Shown: positions 1 through 12,700 of the stretch, piece after piece | Numbering within the stretch: the stretch's first letter is position 1 | Layout of the letters: the number at the start of each line of letters is the position of its first letter | Assembly: GCA_951804945.1 (NCBI GenBank) | Contig: OX638152.1 | Span: forward strand, 63,922,001-63,986,000 | DNA: 64,000 nt | DNA from: Podarcis cretensis | Taxonomy: Eukaryota | Direction of reading: 5' to 3' | Notes under the pieces: model-generated | Seen by the model: only the letters and a program-made list of their open reading frames with translations | Told to the model about the DNA's origin: nothing | Database searches by the model: none | Program-made: the position numbers and the translations under genes

Positions 1-39
1 TGCCTGTAAATCAAATTGGTGCATGTCAAATCCAGACTA

Positions 40-41
<2 letters not shown>

Positions 42-79
<38 letters not shown>
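42..79. repeat. (GT)n microsatellite
   Basis: Uninterrupted GT dinucleotide run. Confidence 0.97.
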
Positions 80-81
<2 letters not shown>

Positions 82-1078
82 ATATAAAGATTTGCATTTC
101 TTTAATTAAGTCACATTTCCAAGCTATTTCTAGAGGTACAGCATCTCTGTGGAGACAAATCCCAGAGAGCCAGTCATGCTGGTTCTCAAATTAAGACAAG
201 AGGCAGTAATTTAAATAAAGCAGGATCACAACTTTATTAAGACAAATTATCTGCAATGGAACTAAGGGCTTGTCCTGTGTCCCACGCTTTCTAGGCACAT
301 TTGTCCTGGGTCTGGGTGGTTTTCTGTTTGCCATTTTGCTTTTTCCAGAGCAAATGCCAATCTGTGATAAGCTCTCTCCCCTCCCCCATCCCCTAGAACC
401 AGGAGAGGCATGAAGAGGGTGGAGGAGAAATTAGATGCATGCCGTCGCAGTCTCAGATTTCTTGAAAAAAGCACTAGACAGAAGGAGACTTTGCTCACTA
501 TGGGGAGGCAAGGACCTTTAGTCTCAGCAACTGATTTCATGGAGTAAGATCCACTGGGAATGAGCTACTGCACTCATTAGGCCTGACACTCAGCCAAGTC
601 TGGGAAATTTTTGCTAATAGTTAACTCCAACTTTATAGTGACCAGCAATGCTCTCTGAAACTAAGCATCAGGATACACCACTCCAAAGTAAATAATTGTG
701 AAGGCTAAAGTATTGTTAATGTATACAGAACATAAAAAAAAAACTAAGATCAAGGACGAAAGGAAATATCATCCTCACCCACTCATTAAGCCTCAATGAG
801 TGGTTCTGTGCCTTTTTTCACAGAAAATTCTGACTTTCAACATTTATCTATCACAGTTCTATTCCCCCCTCCCCCCCACAACACTTTTAAATACTTAGAC
901 ACTATGGAGTGAGGCACAGAGGACTACTTCTGTTTCAACAACATCCATTACTCAGAGTAGTGACTCATTCATGTATTCTCATTTCTTTGTGTTTATGAAT
1001 GAAGCCAAATATCTTGAGCTCCATTGTCTGCTCCTAGAACAAATACTTCACAATTCTAACAAATGAGTCAGATAGGAA

Positions 1079-1333
1079 TAGGGTTGCCATATGTCCGGAA
1101 TTTCCTGGACATAAATGGGATTCAGCCATTGGGAAAAGCGTCCGGGCAGAAATAACTGAAATAGCCAGGAAAATTCGGACATATGGCAACCAATGTCAGA
1201 AGTGTAGATTTTTGGCGAATTTTCTTAAAATTAGCTGAAAAGGTTCTTTTTTTTTAATTTAGATTTTGGAGCGGGGGGGGGGGAGCTCAACTTTTGTATC
1301 CAAATTTTCACTTTTTGAAAAATGGCAACCCTA
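1079..1333. mobile_element. Non-autonomous hAT (Blackjack-like) MITE
   Basis: TIRs TAGGGTTGCCA...TGGCAACCCTA. GATAGGAA occurs at 1071-1078 and again at 1337-1344 (8-bp TSD offset by 3 nt). Internal inverted repeat 1082-1108 / 1165-1191. Confidence 0.75.
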
Positions 1334-2461
1334 TATGATAGGAATATAGACAAAATACATTGTATCCTATTATATTTATAGGAAAATTGTATACATGTCT
1401 ACTCACAAGTAAGCTCTTCTCCTGAGTGGAATTGGGATCTGGTGTACTTTACACTGGCTGATCTTAAACCCAACTTGCTTAACACCAATTTTTTAAGTAT
1501 AGCATTGCTTCCTATATCTAGTAAAAGCAAACAAACAAGAAAACACCAGAACTAGAAACCTGAATGCCTGCATAGTAATGGTCCCCAAAAATGCATTAAA
1601 CAGCCTAGTTATTACTTTGTAAAGCTATAAGCCAATACATTAAGAAATTTACAACTTCTACTTTGAATTATTTGAACAACCAGGAATAAAGTGCTTAAGG
1701 GGGGAGAAAGCTATGCAGACTTTCAGATAATTGTAGGTACCTTATCACACAGGTTTACAATCACATCCTCCAAGACAAGATCAGCCATTATCCTATAACA
1801 CTCTGCAGGGCTGCAGCCCAACTGAGATCCTTGCTGTGGTTTAATTATGAGGATAATTCCAGATAGGCACTGCAGAAGATTTTGACAAAGAGAGAGGTTG
1901 GTGGTAGGTCATTTTTATGCCCCTTCATGCATGCATGCCTGAGGATGTAGATGAGCTCCTGAAATGTGTTGCATCTAATGCAAGGGTTCCTAACATTTCA
2001 ATACTGGGTCACATGTATTTCAGTCTGCTCCTGAAATGTTATATGTATGAAAAGTAATTGCCCTCAATATCTGCTTTAAAAGCAAAGTTTTCAGAAATTT
2101 TGAAGTGTAAAACTTACCTTTTCTGCATCAACTGCAATGAGGAATTCTGCTGGTGTTGATGTGGTCTGTAATGATATTGGTGATATATCTTAAAACGTTG
2201 AGTGTATGGGGTGTTAAGAAAAGGGTAGTACTTCTGGTGGGGGTAGGGACATATCATGCTCCTTCTGGGGTAGCCTGCCCACCTTTGGTCTTCACCCTTC
2301 ACTCAGTTCTCACCTGTGGCTCCTAGAAGCTGTCAGCATGTGACAGTGACCACACTCTGGGAACAGTTTTGTCTGACTGGCTAAACCAGGTGCAGGTAGC
2401 CAATGGGAGAAGACAGGCACATGGGACCAGTAGTGGGTCCAACAGTCAAGAAGGCGGTTTC

Positions 2462-2831
2462 TGTTGGTTTCTGCTTCCTTCATTGTGCAGCAAAATGCTT
2501 GTCACAAGACAGTTGTTTACATTCCACAGCCAGAGTTACTGTTGGGTTCACACGGGAATGGGAGACTGGATGTGACGTTCACTGGTTTCCTGTTTTTCAC
2601 TGTTTCTCTCGGTGTTCTTTGTTTCCGAGAGGAGTTGCTTCTCTGCTCTCGCAGAGGCAAGATGCATGTTTGTATTCTCTCAGCATAGAAGTGTAAATAA
2701 AGTTAAGAATGTGGCACATACTGCTCATCCTTTCGCTGTGTGTGTGACGACGCTCTGTTTTGGGCTCCAGATAAGATGAGCCAGTATCAGCACCAGCTTC
2801 AGATGGGCAGAAGCTGGTCAAAAACCTCACA
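2462..2831 (+). mobile_element. Putative solo LTR-like insertion within the RTE-derived element
   Basis: Interrupts RTE 5' UTR-like sequence. TGT...ACA ends and AATAAA near 2696. No clear TSD. Confidence 0.35.
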
Positions 2832-2841
2832 TACTATAGAG

Positions 2842-3247
2842 CACGGGTGTCAAACACAAGGCCCGCGGGCCGAATCCGGCCCGCCAGACCTCGTCATGTG
2901 GCCCGTGTAGCCGCCGCCGGCTGCCAGCCTTCACTTTTTATTCTCCTTTTTTTTGGTGGGGACACAAGAAAGCCGCCTCTTCAGCGCATGCGCGGCAGCC
3001 TACAAGCCAGAGAACGTCTGCCCTCTAGCGGCGCCGGCCGTTCTACACAGGAAACCTCCACTTTACATGCATTCAGGAAACCTCCACTTGTTTTTATATT
3101 GAGCGCATGCCATCCTGTGATGTGACAGATCCAACGGCTGCCTGAACCCTTCTCTCCTGTACTGTAAGTCCTACAGATACAACCGGCCCTTTGAGGGTGA
3201 CCAAACTGCTGATGCGGCACCCGATGAATTTGAGTTATACACCCCTG
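2842..3247. mobile_element. hAT-Charlie-type MITE
   Basis: TIRs CACGGGTGTCAAAC / GTTATACACCCCTG. Perfect 8-bp TSD CTATAGAG at 2834-2841 and 3248-3255. Confidence 0.9.
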
Positions 3248-6200
3248 CTATAGAGGGAAGTGAAGGGCAGATGGGCTCCTCAACCTGGGAAGGGAAACTC
3301 TGACCTTAAACCTCCTCTTTCTTGCAGAATATCTTTGGGAGAATAAAAGACTAAGGAGGAAACCCTACACAAATCCAGAGTGGAGTCCCTAAAGCAGTTG
3401 GATGGCATCTTATATGCCTCCTTCTGGCAATTCTGGCAAGTCAAGCTGGTGCTGAATGTATTGGTCTGTTTTCCTTTGGACCACATAAGCAAGGCCGGGT
3501 GGCGGGGTCTTGTCATCTGGGAAGCCCAGGACCTTCATGCAAACATCCCAGACTTTTGCCCCAGAGAGTTCACTTTAGTGCAGCTTATGCAGTGGTTTCA
3601 CTTCTCCCCTCGAGGCGCACTCCATTATCTCTTGAGACAGATGGGTGGCAACAACAATCTTAAAAATTTGCACCATTTCATAAAAGTAGGTGCTTCTTAA
3701 TATTCTCTTCTGAAGTTTGTGTCAGTCACTATGTTCTGAGTTAATTAGTAAATGCTTGGAAGGGAGCAGAGAAATGCAGTTTGTATTAGAATTATGCTGA
3801 AGGGTTGGTGAATACAGCCGAGACCTCTTAAATTGCATAGCCCTGGTGAACAGTAAATCTATTTCTTTGTTGGGTTTTCAAATTAAACAGTTTCATTAAG
3901 TACAACATTGATTAACTATACAGTCAACTTGAAGAAAACAGATTTGCTTAAGTACGTTATTTAAAGGTAAGTGAATTGCTTATTTATATGAATTTAAAAT
4001 TTAGGAGTAAAATTCACTAGGGAGCCTTACACACAGGCATTAATCTATGGATATATTTGACTATGTGTATCAAGATTAAAATTTAGGGGTGTGGAAGTAA
4101 GCCTGTAATTCTCATTCCTTGCTAAAACTAAAACTCCCCCGTGTCCCACAGATGGTTGGTGCTTTGTGATTTGATCTTTTCTTACGATCCAAACAGTTGT
4201 AAAATGCCTTTAAATCATTATGTTAATGGTGGCTATATTTTCAATAATGCATTTAAAGGTCTTTAAAAGTCTATTCTTATACTTGTGCCGTTTTTGTATG
4301 CAAAATGTGACCAATGTATTAATTTCATAGTCGGCATCCTATCTTATCCACACACAGTGAGTCTTGTTGAACTTAATGGGGCTTACAATTGAGTAGACAT
4401 GCACAGGATCGTAGCATCACTGTCTGAGATTTCTTTTTCTTGCGGCTTTACTTTTGTTGGAAGTCTTCATGACTAGGCTTCAAAGGACTGGGAGTGGGAG
4501 AAACTATAGAGCAACATAATTTGGTTACTATCCAATTCATGCTGTTAAAAATCTGTTGGATCTAAGATACAAAGGCAGCAATGTAAGTGATGCTAGAACT
4601 TCTGCATCTGACTGGATTACAGAATAAGCAGTAGTCTTACGGCTTGATGTTGGAAAGATACTTTCAAATGGTGCCGAGTAAAAGTACATCTTTCAGATAC
4701 TTTACAAAGGTATGCAGCCTGAGATTTTGCGAAGCATATCCCTCCTGCAACATGCTGGCAAGGCATCCAATTCCTTCTCCCCTTGCTTCTTACCTGCTTC
4801 AGATTCCTCCATCTTCAGTATGTGAAAGAACCTGGTTTATGTTTGGAAGTACACCAAATCAAGAAATAAACTGGCATTTTGAAGGGTAGAAGCTTGTTTC
4901 AATCTGGGCAACATTTTTAGAAGTTCATGATAAATATGCAGACAAATATGGAGAAAAAGAAATTGATAGTGATAGCTTAGAAAGAGACTTATTAAATTTC
5001 ATTAGTTCACTGAGCTTTGTCTGCTCTTTTTATGTATGCTTGAAACTGTGCCAGACTAGAGAAGGTATAATATTTTTTTCAGAATAAATACTAAGTTATT
5101 TTAATACAATGATTTCTTTATTAACCATTTTTTGCCTTCTCCTCATAAACTTGGCAAACCAAAGAGATGCAAGGTTCCTTCCAGTTAAGCAACTTGCCGC
5201 TCCATTTCTAGCAAATAAATAAAAATAAATTCATTTTTTTATTATGGTCTGAATAAACTATGATGATTATATAGTAAACCAATTTATAGATCATCCATTT
5301 TATGTTCCTAAAGCAGCAAAGTGATTTTTAATATGAGAAGAGTAATTTTGAAAAATAGTATTGCATTATTTCAATTATCCTACAATTTTTCGTTCTTTTT
5401 CTGCCCCCCACTCCTAGATGGCTTTAAAATTTCCAGAAACGTCACATCTCTATCCCTAGCTACTGGTGGAAAAAATGAGGTACATAAGTGACTTTGCATT
5501 TAGATATTTGGTGGCAAGCAGTAAAATGCTTAGATAACTAAGTAAAAAGTTTTAGTCTAAAGTAGATAAAACAAGCACTAAGATGTGAACCACCTACTCC
5601 AAAATAAGTAATCTCTGTTGGAGGTGGATGGTCCACAACCCCCTGAAAATAAAAGCATTTGATTTTTCTGTCTCATTTGGAGGGTGCATTAGAATTTCAA
5701 TGCGTGTAGAGTTGAGCTTACCTTATCATTTCAAGGTGTGTGTGTTTTCCCATTCATTAAGCCTTATCCGTTGCTTTGGCTGCCCACACTGATATGAAAA
5801 AGTCCCATGGAGGTCTTGCCTCTTGACATCTTCCTCAGGGCATTTGTTGAGGCCTAGGAAGCTAAGAAGGCTGGCAACTAAGTGTCCTCACTGGTTTTGT
5901 TTTCAAGAAAAGTCATTATTTCATCTTTAAAAAGCCAAAATATTACTGCATTTCTTCATTAAAAAAACAACCCAACTTCACTTTACAGTGAAGAGCTGCC
6001 AAGTTATATAGTAGAAAGCGTCTCCAATTTTCCTGTGCATACAGGAAAGGCTAGACAAAGGTGCCATGAGGGTTTCAGGAAGTGTGGGCTCTAAGGAAAA
6101 TTGCAAAGTTCAGACCACTGAAAAATGACTTGTACAATGTAATGGCATTTAATAGTGCTCCTCAAAAGCACAACAGATGCCCCAAGCTCCCATGGGAATT

Positions 6201-7174
6201 CCACCTCCCCATTGATAATTTTTAATTGCAATTTCTTTTCACATTGATTGATGAAGAATGGTTGAAAAAACAGGGGAGAATTTTTTGGCACAGCACTTAT
6301 CTGATGCCTGAATGGGTTCAGTTTAAGTTCATGTTCTCACTTCCATCCAAACAGAAGTTAATTGCTTCAAGCTGGAAGTTTGCTTTGAAGAAACTCTGCA
6401 GGCACACCACATTGCAACGACAAATACAAACAGGGTGGCCTTTTCTTTAATGGATGAGCAATGTGCATTCTCTGGTTGTTTGTCTTGGTACTTGCTACTG
6501 TGATTTTCCCACTCTACACTTCTAAGGAGGTGTAAGTCCTAGTACCCTCTTGAAAAATTAAGATTGGATCATCTCCTCTGTAAAGTGCCATTTAAAGGAT
6601 AACCTTGCACCATGGATCCTGTAAATTTTCGTATCATTTTATTGAATCATTAAACAATAAGAATGTTTCCCTCTCCTCAATGGTTTATAATAGAGCAGAA
6701 TCTTCTCATATGCACTGAGAACCACCAAGCAAATGTCACTGGTTGAAATTGACACTGTTGTTATGGATTGGAAATGCATTGTGAGAATAAAAGAATGGTA
6801 ACACTGTGTGCTACATAATCAATCACAAATAGGGCAGAAGTACATTTCTTCTTGTCTTGCATCTACGAACATGATTTTAGTGTATGAATTCTAATAGGTT
6901 ATTAATATTAGCAATAAACCAAGATGTATGATATTGCAGTAAGAAAGACTGGTGCTAGGGACTGCAGAAGCTGTAATGGTGACAAAAATAGCATTTGATT
7001 GCTAGAAAAAGTAATTACAATGCAATTCTTGTTGGTATGATTTTTTTAAAAAGATTACTGTGTCAGCATCTAAATAGGAAAAAAAAACAAGTTATTGATC
7101 AGCACCTTTAATAATTTTGTCTGTTTTCATAGCCAATAGTGCTGATGATGTTTAAATTATGAATAGTTAGAATA

Positions 7175-7406
7175 GAGGAGTTTGGATTTGATATCCCGCT
7201 TTATCACTACCCGAAGGAGTCTCAAAGCGGCTCACATTCTCCTTTCCCTTCCTCCCCCACAACAAACACTCTGTGAGGTGAGTGGGGCTGAGAGACTTCA
7301 AAGAAGTGTGACTGGCCCAAGGTCACCCAGCAACTGCATGTGGAGGAGCGGGGAATTGAACCCGGTTCACCAGATTACGAGTCCACCGCTCTTAACCACT
7401 ACACCA
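7175..7406 (-). mobile_element. Squam3-like (MIR/Ther1-related) tRNA-derived SINE
   Basis: Minus-strand tRNA head TGGTGTAGTGGTTAAGAGC...GGTTCAATTCCC (A and B boxes). MIR-like segment tgactggcccaaggtcacccag on +. Confidence 0.75.
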
Positions 7407-7837
7407 TCCTCCTTTGGAGATGGATGTCTTTATACTCGTAGGAAGGGTGTTAGCAACTTATGTAACAATTCAACAATAATTCTCTCACTTCAATTTGTTA
7501 GCATAGAGAGGGGTTTTTTTCTGTATATACTCTTAGTGAAAGAGTATGAACACTTTTGAGTGATTACTTCTTGTGGAGAATGGATGTTGAGAGTTTAAAG
7601 AGAAACCCACTTCGATCCTTTGCTGTGAAAATGGCTCCACTTAGGGATGTTTCCACAATTCATATTAGGGATTTCCCCACCATTTGAAGTCATTCAAATT
7701 CTAGTGCAGATTATGTGATTCTGGGAATTGCAGGCACACTTCTAAGTGCATTTCTAAATTTTAGGCAGCATATACACCCATTCAGTATTACAGATACAGC
7801 AATAGGCATCTATCACACACTTTATCTATACAACACA

Positions 7838-8570
7838 CTTCTTCTTCTTCGATCACTTGTAGCAGAGTAAGATTGTCTTCCATCAATATGGTCTTAATGG
7901 TGTGTCCATAAGTCACCGTGGAGACCAATTCTGGATCCACATGTCCTTCCCACAGTGGGAAAATGGGTTTCTGGGCAGGAGTTGATCACAGTGAGGATTT
8001 GCCAAATGTGCCTCTTAGCTCGTTTCTCCCTTTTGTCCTGAGTTCATGCTTCTTCAAATTCCATGACACCTTTGGTAAAGTCTAGTTCTCCAACTGGAGC
8101 GCTCGCAGCCCAGTGTTTCCTAATAATCCATACTTAAACTGCATTTTTAAAGATTTGCCTTAAGAGTGTCTTTAAACCTTTTTTATTGTCCCCCGACATT
8201 TCACTTTCCATTCTTAAATTGGGAATAGAGTAGTTGCTTTGGAAGATGATAATCTGGCATACAAACAATATGACCAGTCCAACAAAGAATCATTGCTTCA
8301 ACAGTGGTGATCTTTGCTGCTTCTAGTACACTGACATTAGTTTGCCTGTCTTCCCAAGTGATTTGTAATTCTTTTTGGAAACACCATTGATGGAATCTTT
8401 CAAGGAGTTGGAGATAGTGTTTATAAATAAGTGCTCCATGTTTCACAAGCGTACAGTAAAGCTGATAGTACAATAGCTTTGTAAACAAGCATTTTGGTTT
8501 CCCTGCGAATGTCCTAGTCCTCAAACACTCTGTGCTTCAATTGGGAGAAAGCTGCACTCAGAGCTCAGGC
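7838..8570 (-). mobile_element. 5'-truncated, decayed RTE-clade LINE (non-BovB family), 3' end
   Basis: Translation ...LERFHQWC...ITWEDRQTNVSVLE...WTGHIVCMPDYHLPKQLLYSQ matches the RTE C-terminal region, with frameshifts. (GAA)n tail at 7838-7850. Confidence 0.85.
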
Positions 8571-8813
8571 ACACCCCACCACTTCATTGCCCATCATTTT
8601 TCCAGGGGACCCTTCAGGGCCCTCTCAGCTTGGCACCCAGTGTAGACAAACTAGTAGCACTCCCCTAAATCCAGCTGTGGATCCAGCCAGGGATCAGACT
8701 CAGAACTCCACCATGGGCCACTTTGATAAGTAGGAAAGGCCACCCAATAGTCACCAGATGTCAAATGATTTCAGGTGATTCAACCTCCCTGCTCCCTCTC
8801 TGTCCCATTATGC

Positions 8814-8876
8814 TAAAGTTACCAGATTTTAAATCTGGGGACTGTCCCCAGGAAACGGGGACATCTGGTAACCTTA
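8814..8876. mobile_element. 63-bp minimal hAT-type element
   Basis: TIRs TAAAGTTACCAGAT / ATCTGGTAACCTTA. Perfect 8-bp TSD CATTATGC at 8806-8813 and 8877-8884. Confidence 0.8.
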
Positions 8877-9729
8877 CATTATGCATCAGTGACTTGTCTG
8901 GAGGGAGGTCAGGTAAGCCACCACTGCTGTTACTCTGGTTGCTCCTTTTCAGTTTGGCTCCATGCATTTACCAGGCAATTCTTTTGAGAGCAATTCTTTG
9001 CGTAAATTTGAAAAGAGCAATTATCAAGGTAGTTAACAGTGATAAATATCACTCCTCAACTTCTCATCACCTCCCAAAATAGATGAATATCTCCATTATG
9101 GTATCCTGCAATGCCAAACTATCCAGCCACTGGAAATGATTGTGTCAGAAATAAGTTGTCTGATTCCATATTTTGAATTCAACATTGTCCTAGAAATAAT
9201 TAGTTTTCAACCAGCTACATCACAAGTGCAATAGCAGCTTATGAACATTCTCACTATTGGCCCCAAAACAAATACTAAAGTGTTTCATATTCTGACCAAT
9301 ACTGATATACAAATGTAAATTTCAGTAGTTTTTCTTATAGTATCCTACAAATCCAGATATGTGTTCAAATTTGCGGTGCTAAAATAGCAGACATTCTGCC
9401 CAGCACATTCACTTTAGTTTGCATACATAGCTTCCTGCACTCCATTCATGGCGCCAGAAGATGTTACTTATCTATCCAGTGTGGATGTTTCTATGGAACA
9501 CTGCTAATCACTGATAAAAAGAGATCTGAATCAAAGTTTAAAGTGGACTCCCCCCCCCCCAAAAAAAAAAAAAACCTTACAACTCAATCAGTGGAATTCA
9601 ATGTAACATTTAGGAGACTGTTCCATCAGTGCAAGCATTTCTGCTGGCCCTCTGGAGGATCTCCCACCCTTCCAGAGCAGATTTGGGAAGAGGCTGGGGA
9701 GTCATTTTTGCACTAGCAAGAGTTGTTCC

Positions 9730-12700
9730 CCCCTTCATGAATCACTGCCTTGCCGTGGCGAAGGGGCTTGAAGAACTCAGAGAAGCTATGAACTATGCCG
9801 AGCAGGGCACCCAGGATGAACAGGTCATAGTGGAGAGTTTTGACCAAACGTGATCCACCTGGAGGAGGAACTGGCAAGCCACTCCAGTATCCCTGCCAAG
9901 AAAACTCCATGGACAAAGACAACAGGCATATAAAAGTTATGACGCTGGAAGATGAGCCCCTCAGGTCAGAAGTCGTCCAACATGCTACTGGGGAAGAGCG
10001 GAGGGCAAGTACAAGTAGATCCAGAGCTGATGAAGCGGCTGGGCCAAAGCCGAAAGGACGCTCAGTTGCGGATATGCCTGGAAGCGAAAGGAAAGTCCAA
10101 TGCTGTAAAGAAAAATATTGCATAGGAACCTGGAATGTAAGAACCATGAACATGGGTAAGTTGGAGGTGGTCAAAAATGAGATGGCAAGAATAAATATTG
10201 ACATCCTGGGCATCAGTGAACTAAAATGGACGGGAATGGGTGAATTCAGTTCGGATGACCATCATATCTACTACTGTGGGCAAGAAACCCGTAAAAGAAA
10301 TGGAGTGGCCCTCATAGTCAACAAAAGAGTGGCAAAAGCTGTACTGGGATGCAATCTCAAAAATGATAGAATGATCTTGATACGAATCCAAGGCAGACCT
10401 TTTAACATCACAGTAATCCAAGTTTATGCACCAACTACTGGTGCTGAAGAAACTGAAATTGACCAATTCTATGAAGACTTACAACACCTTATAGAAGTGA
10501 CACCAAAGAAGGATGTTCTTCTCATTATAGGGGATTGGAATGCTAAAGTAGGGAGTCAAGAGATAAAAGGAACAACTGGCAAGTTTGGCCTTGGAGATCA
10601 AAATGAAGCAGGGCAAAGGCTAATAGAGTTCTGTCAAGAGAACAAGCTGGTCATCACAAACACGCTTTTCCAACAACACAAGAGACGACTCTACACATGG
10701 ACATCACCAGATGGGCAGCATCGAAATCAGATTGATTATATTCTCTGCAGCCAAAGATGGAGAAGCTCTATACAGTCAGCAAAAACAAGACCTGGAGCTG
10801 ACTGTGGCTCAGATCATCAGCTTCTTATAGCAAAATTCAAGCTTAAACTGAAGAAAGTAGGAAAAACCACTGGGCCGGTAAGATACAATCTAAGTCAAAT
10901 CCCTTATGAATACACAGTGGAAGTGAGGAACAGGTTTAAGGATTTAGATTTGGTGGACAGAGTGCCTGAAGAACTATGGATGGAGGCTCGTAACATTATA
11001 CAGGAGGCAGCAACGAAAACCATCCCAATGAAAAGGAAATGCAAGAAAGCAAAGTGGCTGTCCAATGAGGCCTTACAAATAGCGGGGGAGAGAAGGCAAG
11101 CAAAATGCAAGGGAGATCGTGAAACATACAGGAAATTGAATGCAGATTTCCAAAGAATAGCAAGGAGAGACAAGAAGACCTTCTTAAACAAGCAATGCAA
11201 AGAAATAGAGGAAAGCAATAGAATGGGAAGAACCAGAGATCTGTTCAAGAAAATTGGAGATATGAAAGGAACATTTCGTACAAAGATTTCCATAATAAAG
11301 GACAAAAGTGGAAAGGACCTAACAGAAGCAGAAGACATCAAGAAGAGGTGGCAAGAATACACAGAGGAATTATACCAGAAAGAAATGGATGTCTCATATA
11401 CCCCAGGTAGTGTGGTTGCTGACCTTGAGCCAGACATCCTGGAGAGTGAAGTCAAATGGGCCTTAGAAAGCACTGCAAATAACAAGGCCAGTGGAAGTGA
11501 TGGTATTCCAGCTGAACTATTTAAAATTTTAAAAGATGATGCTGTTAAGGTGCTACACTCAATATGCCAGCAAGTTTGGAAAACTCAGCAGTGGCCAGAA
11601 GATTGGAGAAGATCAGTCTACATCCCAATCCCAAAGAAGGGCAGTGCCAAAGAATGCTCCAACTATCGCACCATTGCACTAATTTCTCACGCTAGCAAGG
11701 TTATGCTTAAAATTCTACAAGGAAGGCTCAAGCAGTATGTGGACCGAGAACTCCCAGAAGTGCAAGCTGGATTTAGAAGAGGCAGAGGAACCAGAGACCA
11801 AATTGCAAACATGCGCTGGATTATGGAGAAAGCTAGAGAGTTCCAGAAAGACATTTACTTCTGCTTCATTGACTATGCAAAAGCCTTTGACTGTGTCGAC
11901 CATGGCAAACTATGGCAAGTTCTTAAAGAAATGGGAGTGCCTGATCACCTCATCTGTCTCCTGAGAAATCTCTATGTGGGACAAGAAGCTACAGTTAGAA
12001 CTGGATATGGAACAACTGACTGGTTCAAAATTGGGAAAGGAGTACGACAAGGCTGCATTTTGTCTCCCTGCTTATTTAACTTATATGCAGAATTCATCAT
12101 GCGAAAGGCTGGGCTGGATGAATCCCTAGCCGGAATTAAGATTGCCGGAAGAAATATCAACAACCTCAGATATGCAGATGACACAACCTTGATGGCAGAA
12201 AGTGAGGAGGAATTAAAGAACCTTTTACTGAGGGTGAAAGAGGAGAGTGCAAAATATGGTCTGAAGCTCAACATCAAAAAAACGAAGATCATGGCTACTG
12301 GTCCCATCACCTCCTGGCAAATAGAAGGGGAAGAAATGGAGGCAGTGAGAGATTTTACTTTCTTGGGCTCCATGATCACTGCAGATGGTGACAGCAGCCA
12401 CGAAATTAAAAGACGCCTGCTTCTTGGGAGAAGGGCAATGACAGGCCTAGACAGCATCTTGAGAAGTAGAGACATCACCTTGCCAACAAAGGTCCGTATA
12501 GTTAAAGCTATGGTTTTCCCAGTAGTGATGTATGGAAGTGAGAGCTGGACCATCAAGAAGGCTGATCGCCGAAGAATTGATGCTTTTGAATTATGGTGCT
12601 GGAGGAGACTCTTGAGAGTCCCATGGACTGCAAGAAGATCAAACCTCTCCATTCTGAAGGAAATCAGCCCTGAGTGCTCACTGGAAGGACAGATTGTGAA

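Larger units (their letters stand above)
2201..3657 (+). mobile_element. Non-autonomous bipartite RTE-derived element (RTE 5' UTR joined to RTE 3' tail), interrupted by two insertions
   Basis: RTE-type 5' UTR blocks (ggggtagcctgcccacc..., gggaagggaaactctgaccttaaacc) and an RTE-type end (tccattatctcttgagacagatgggtggCAACAACAA). Possible TSD ATCTTAAAAnnTTG at 2187-2200 / 3657-3670. No RT ORF. Confidence 0.6.
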
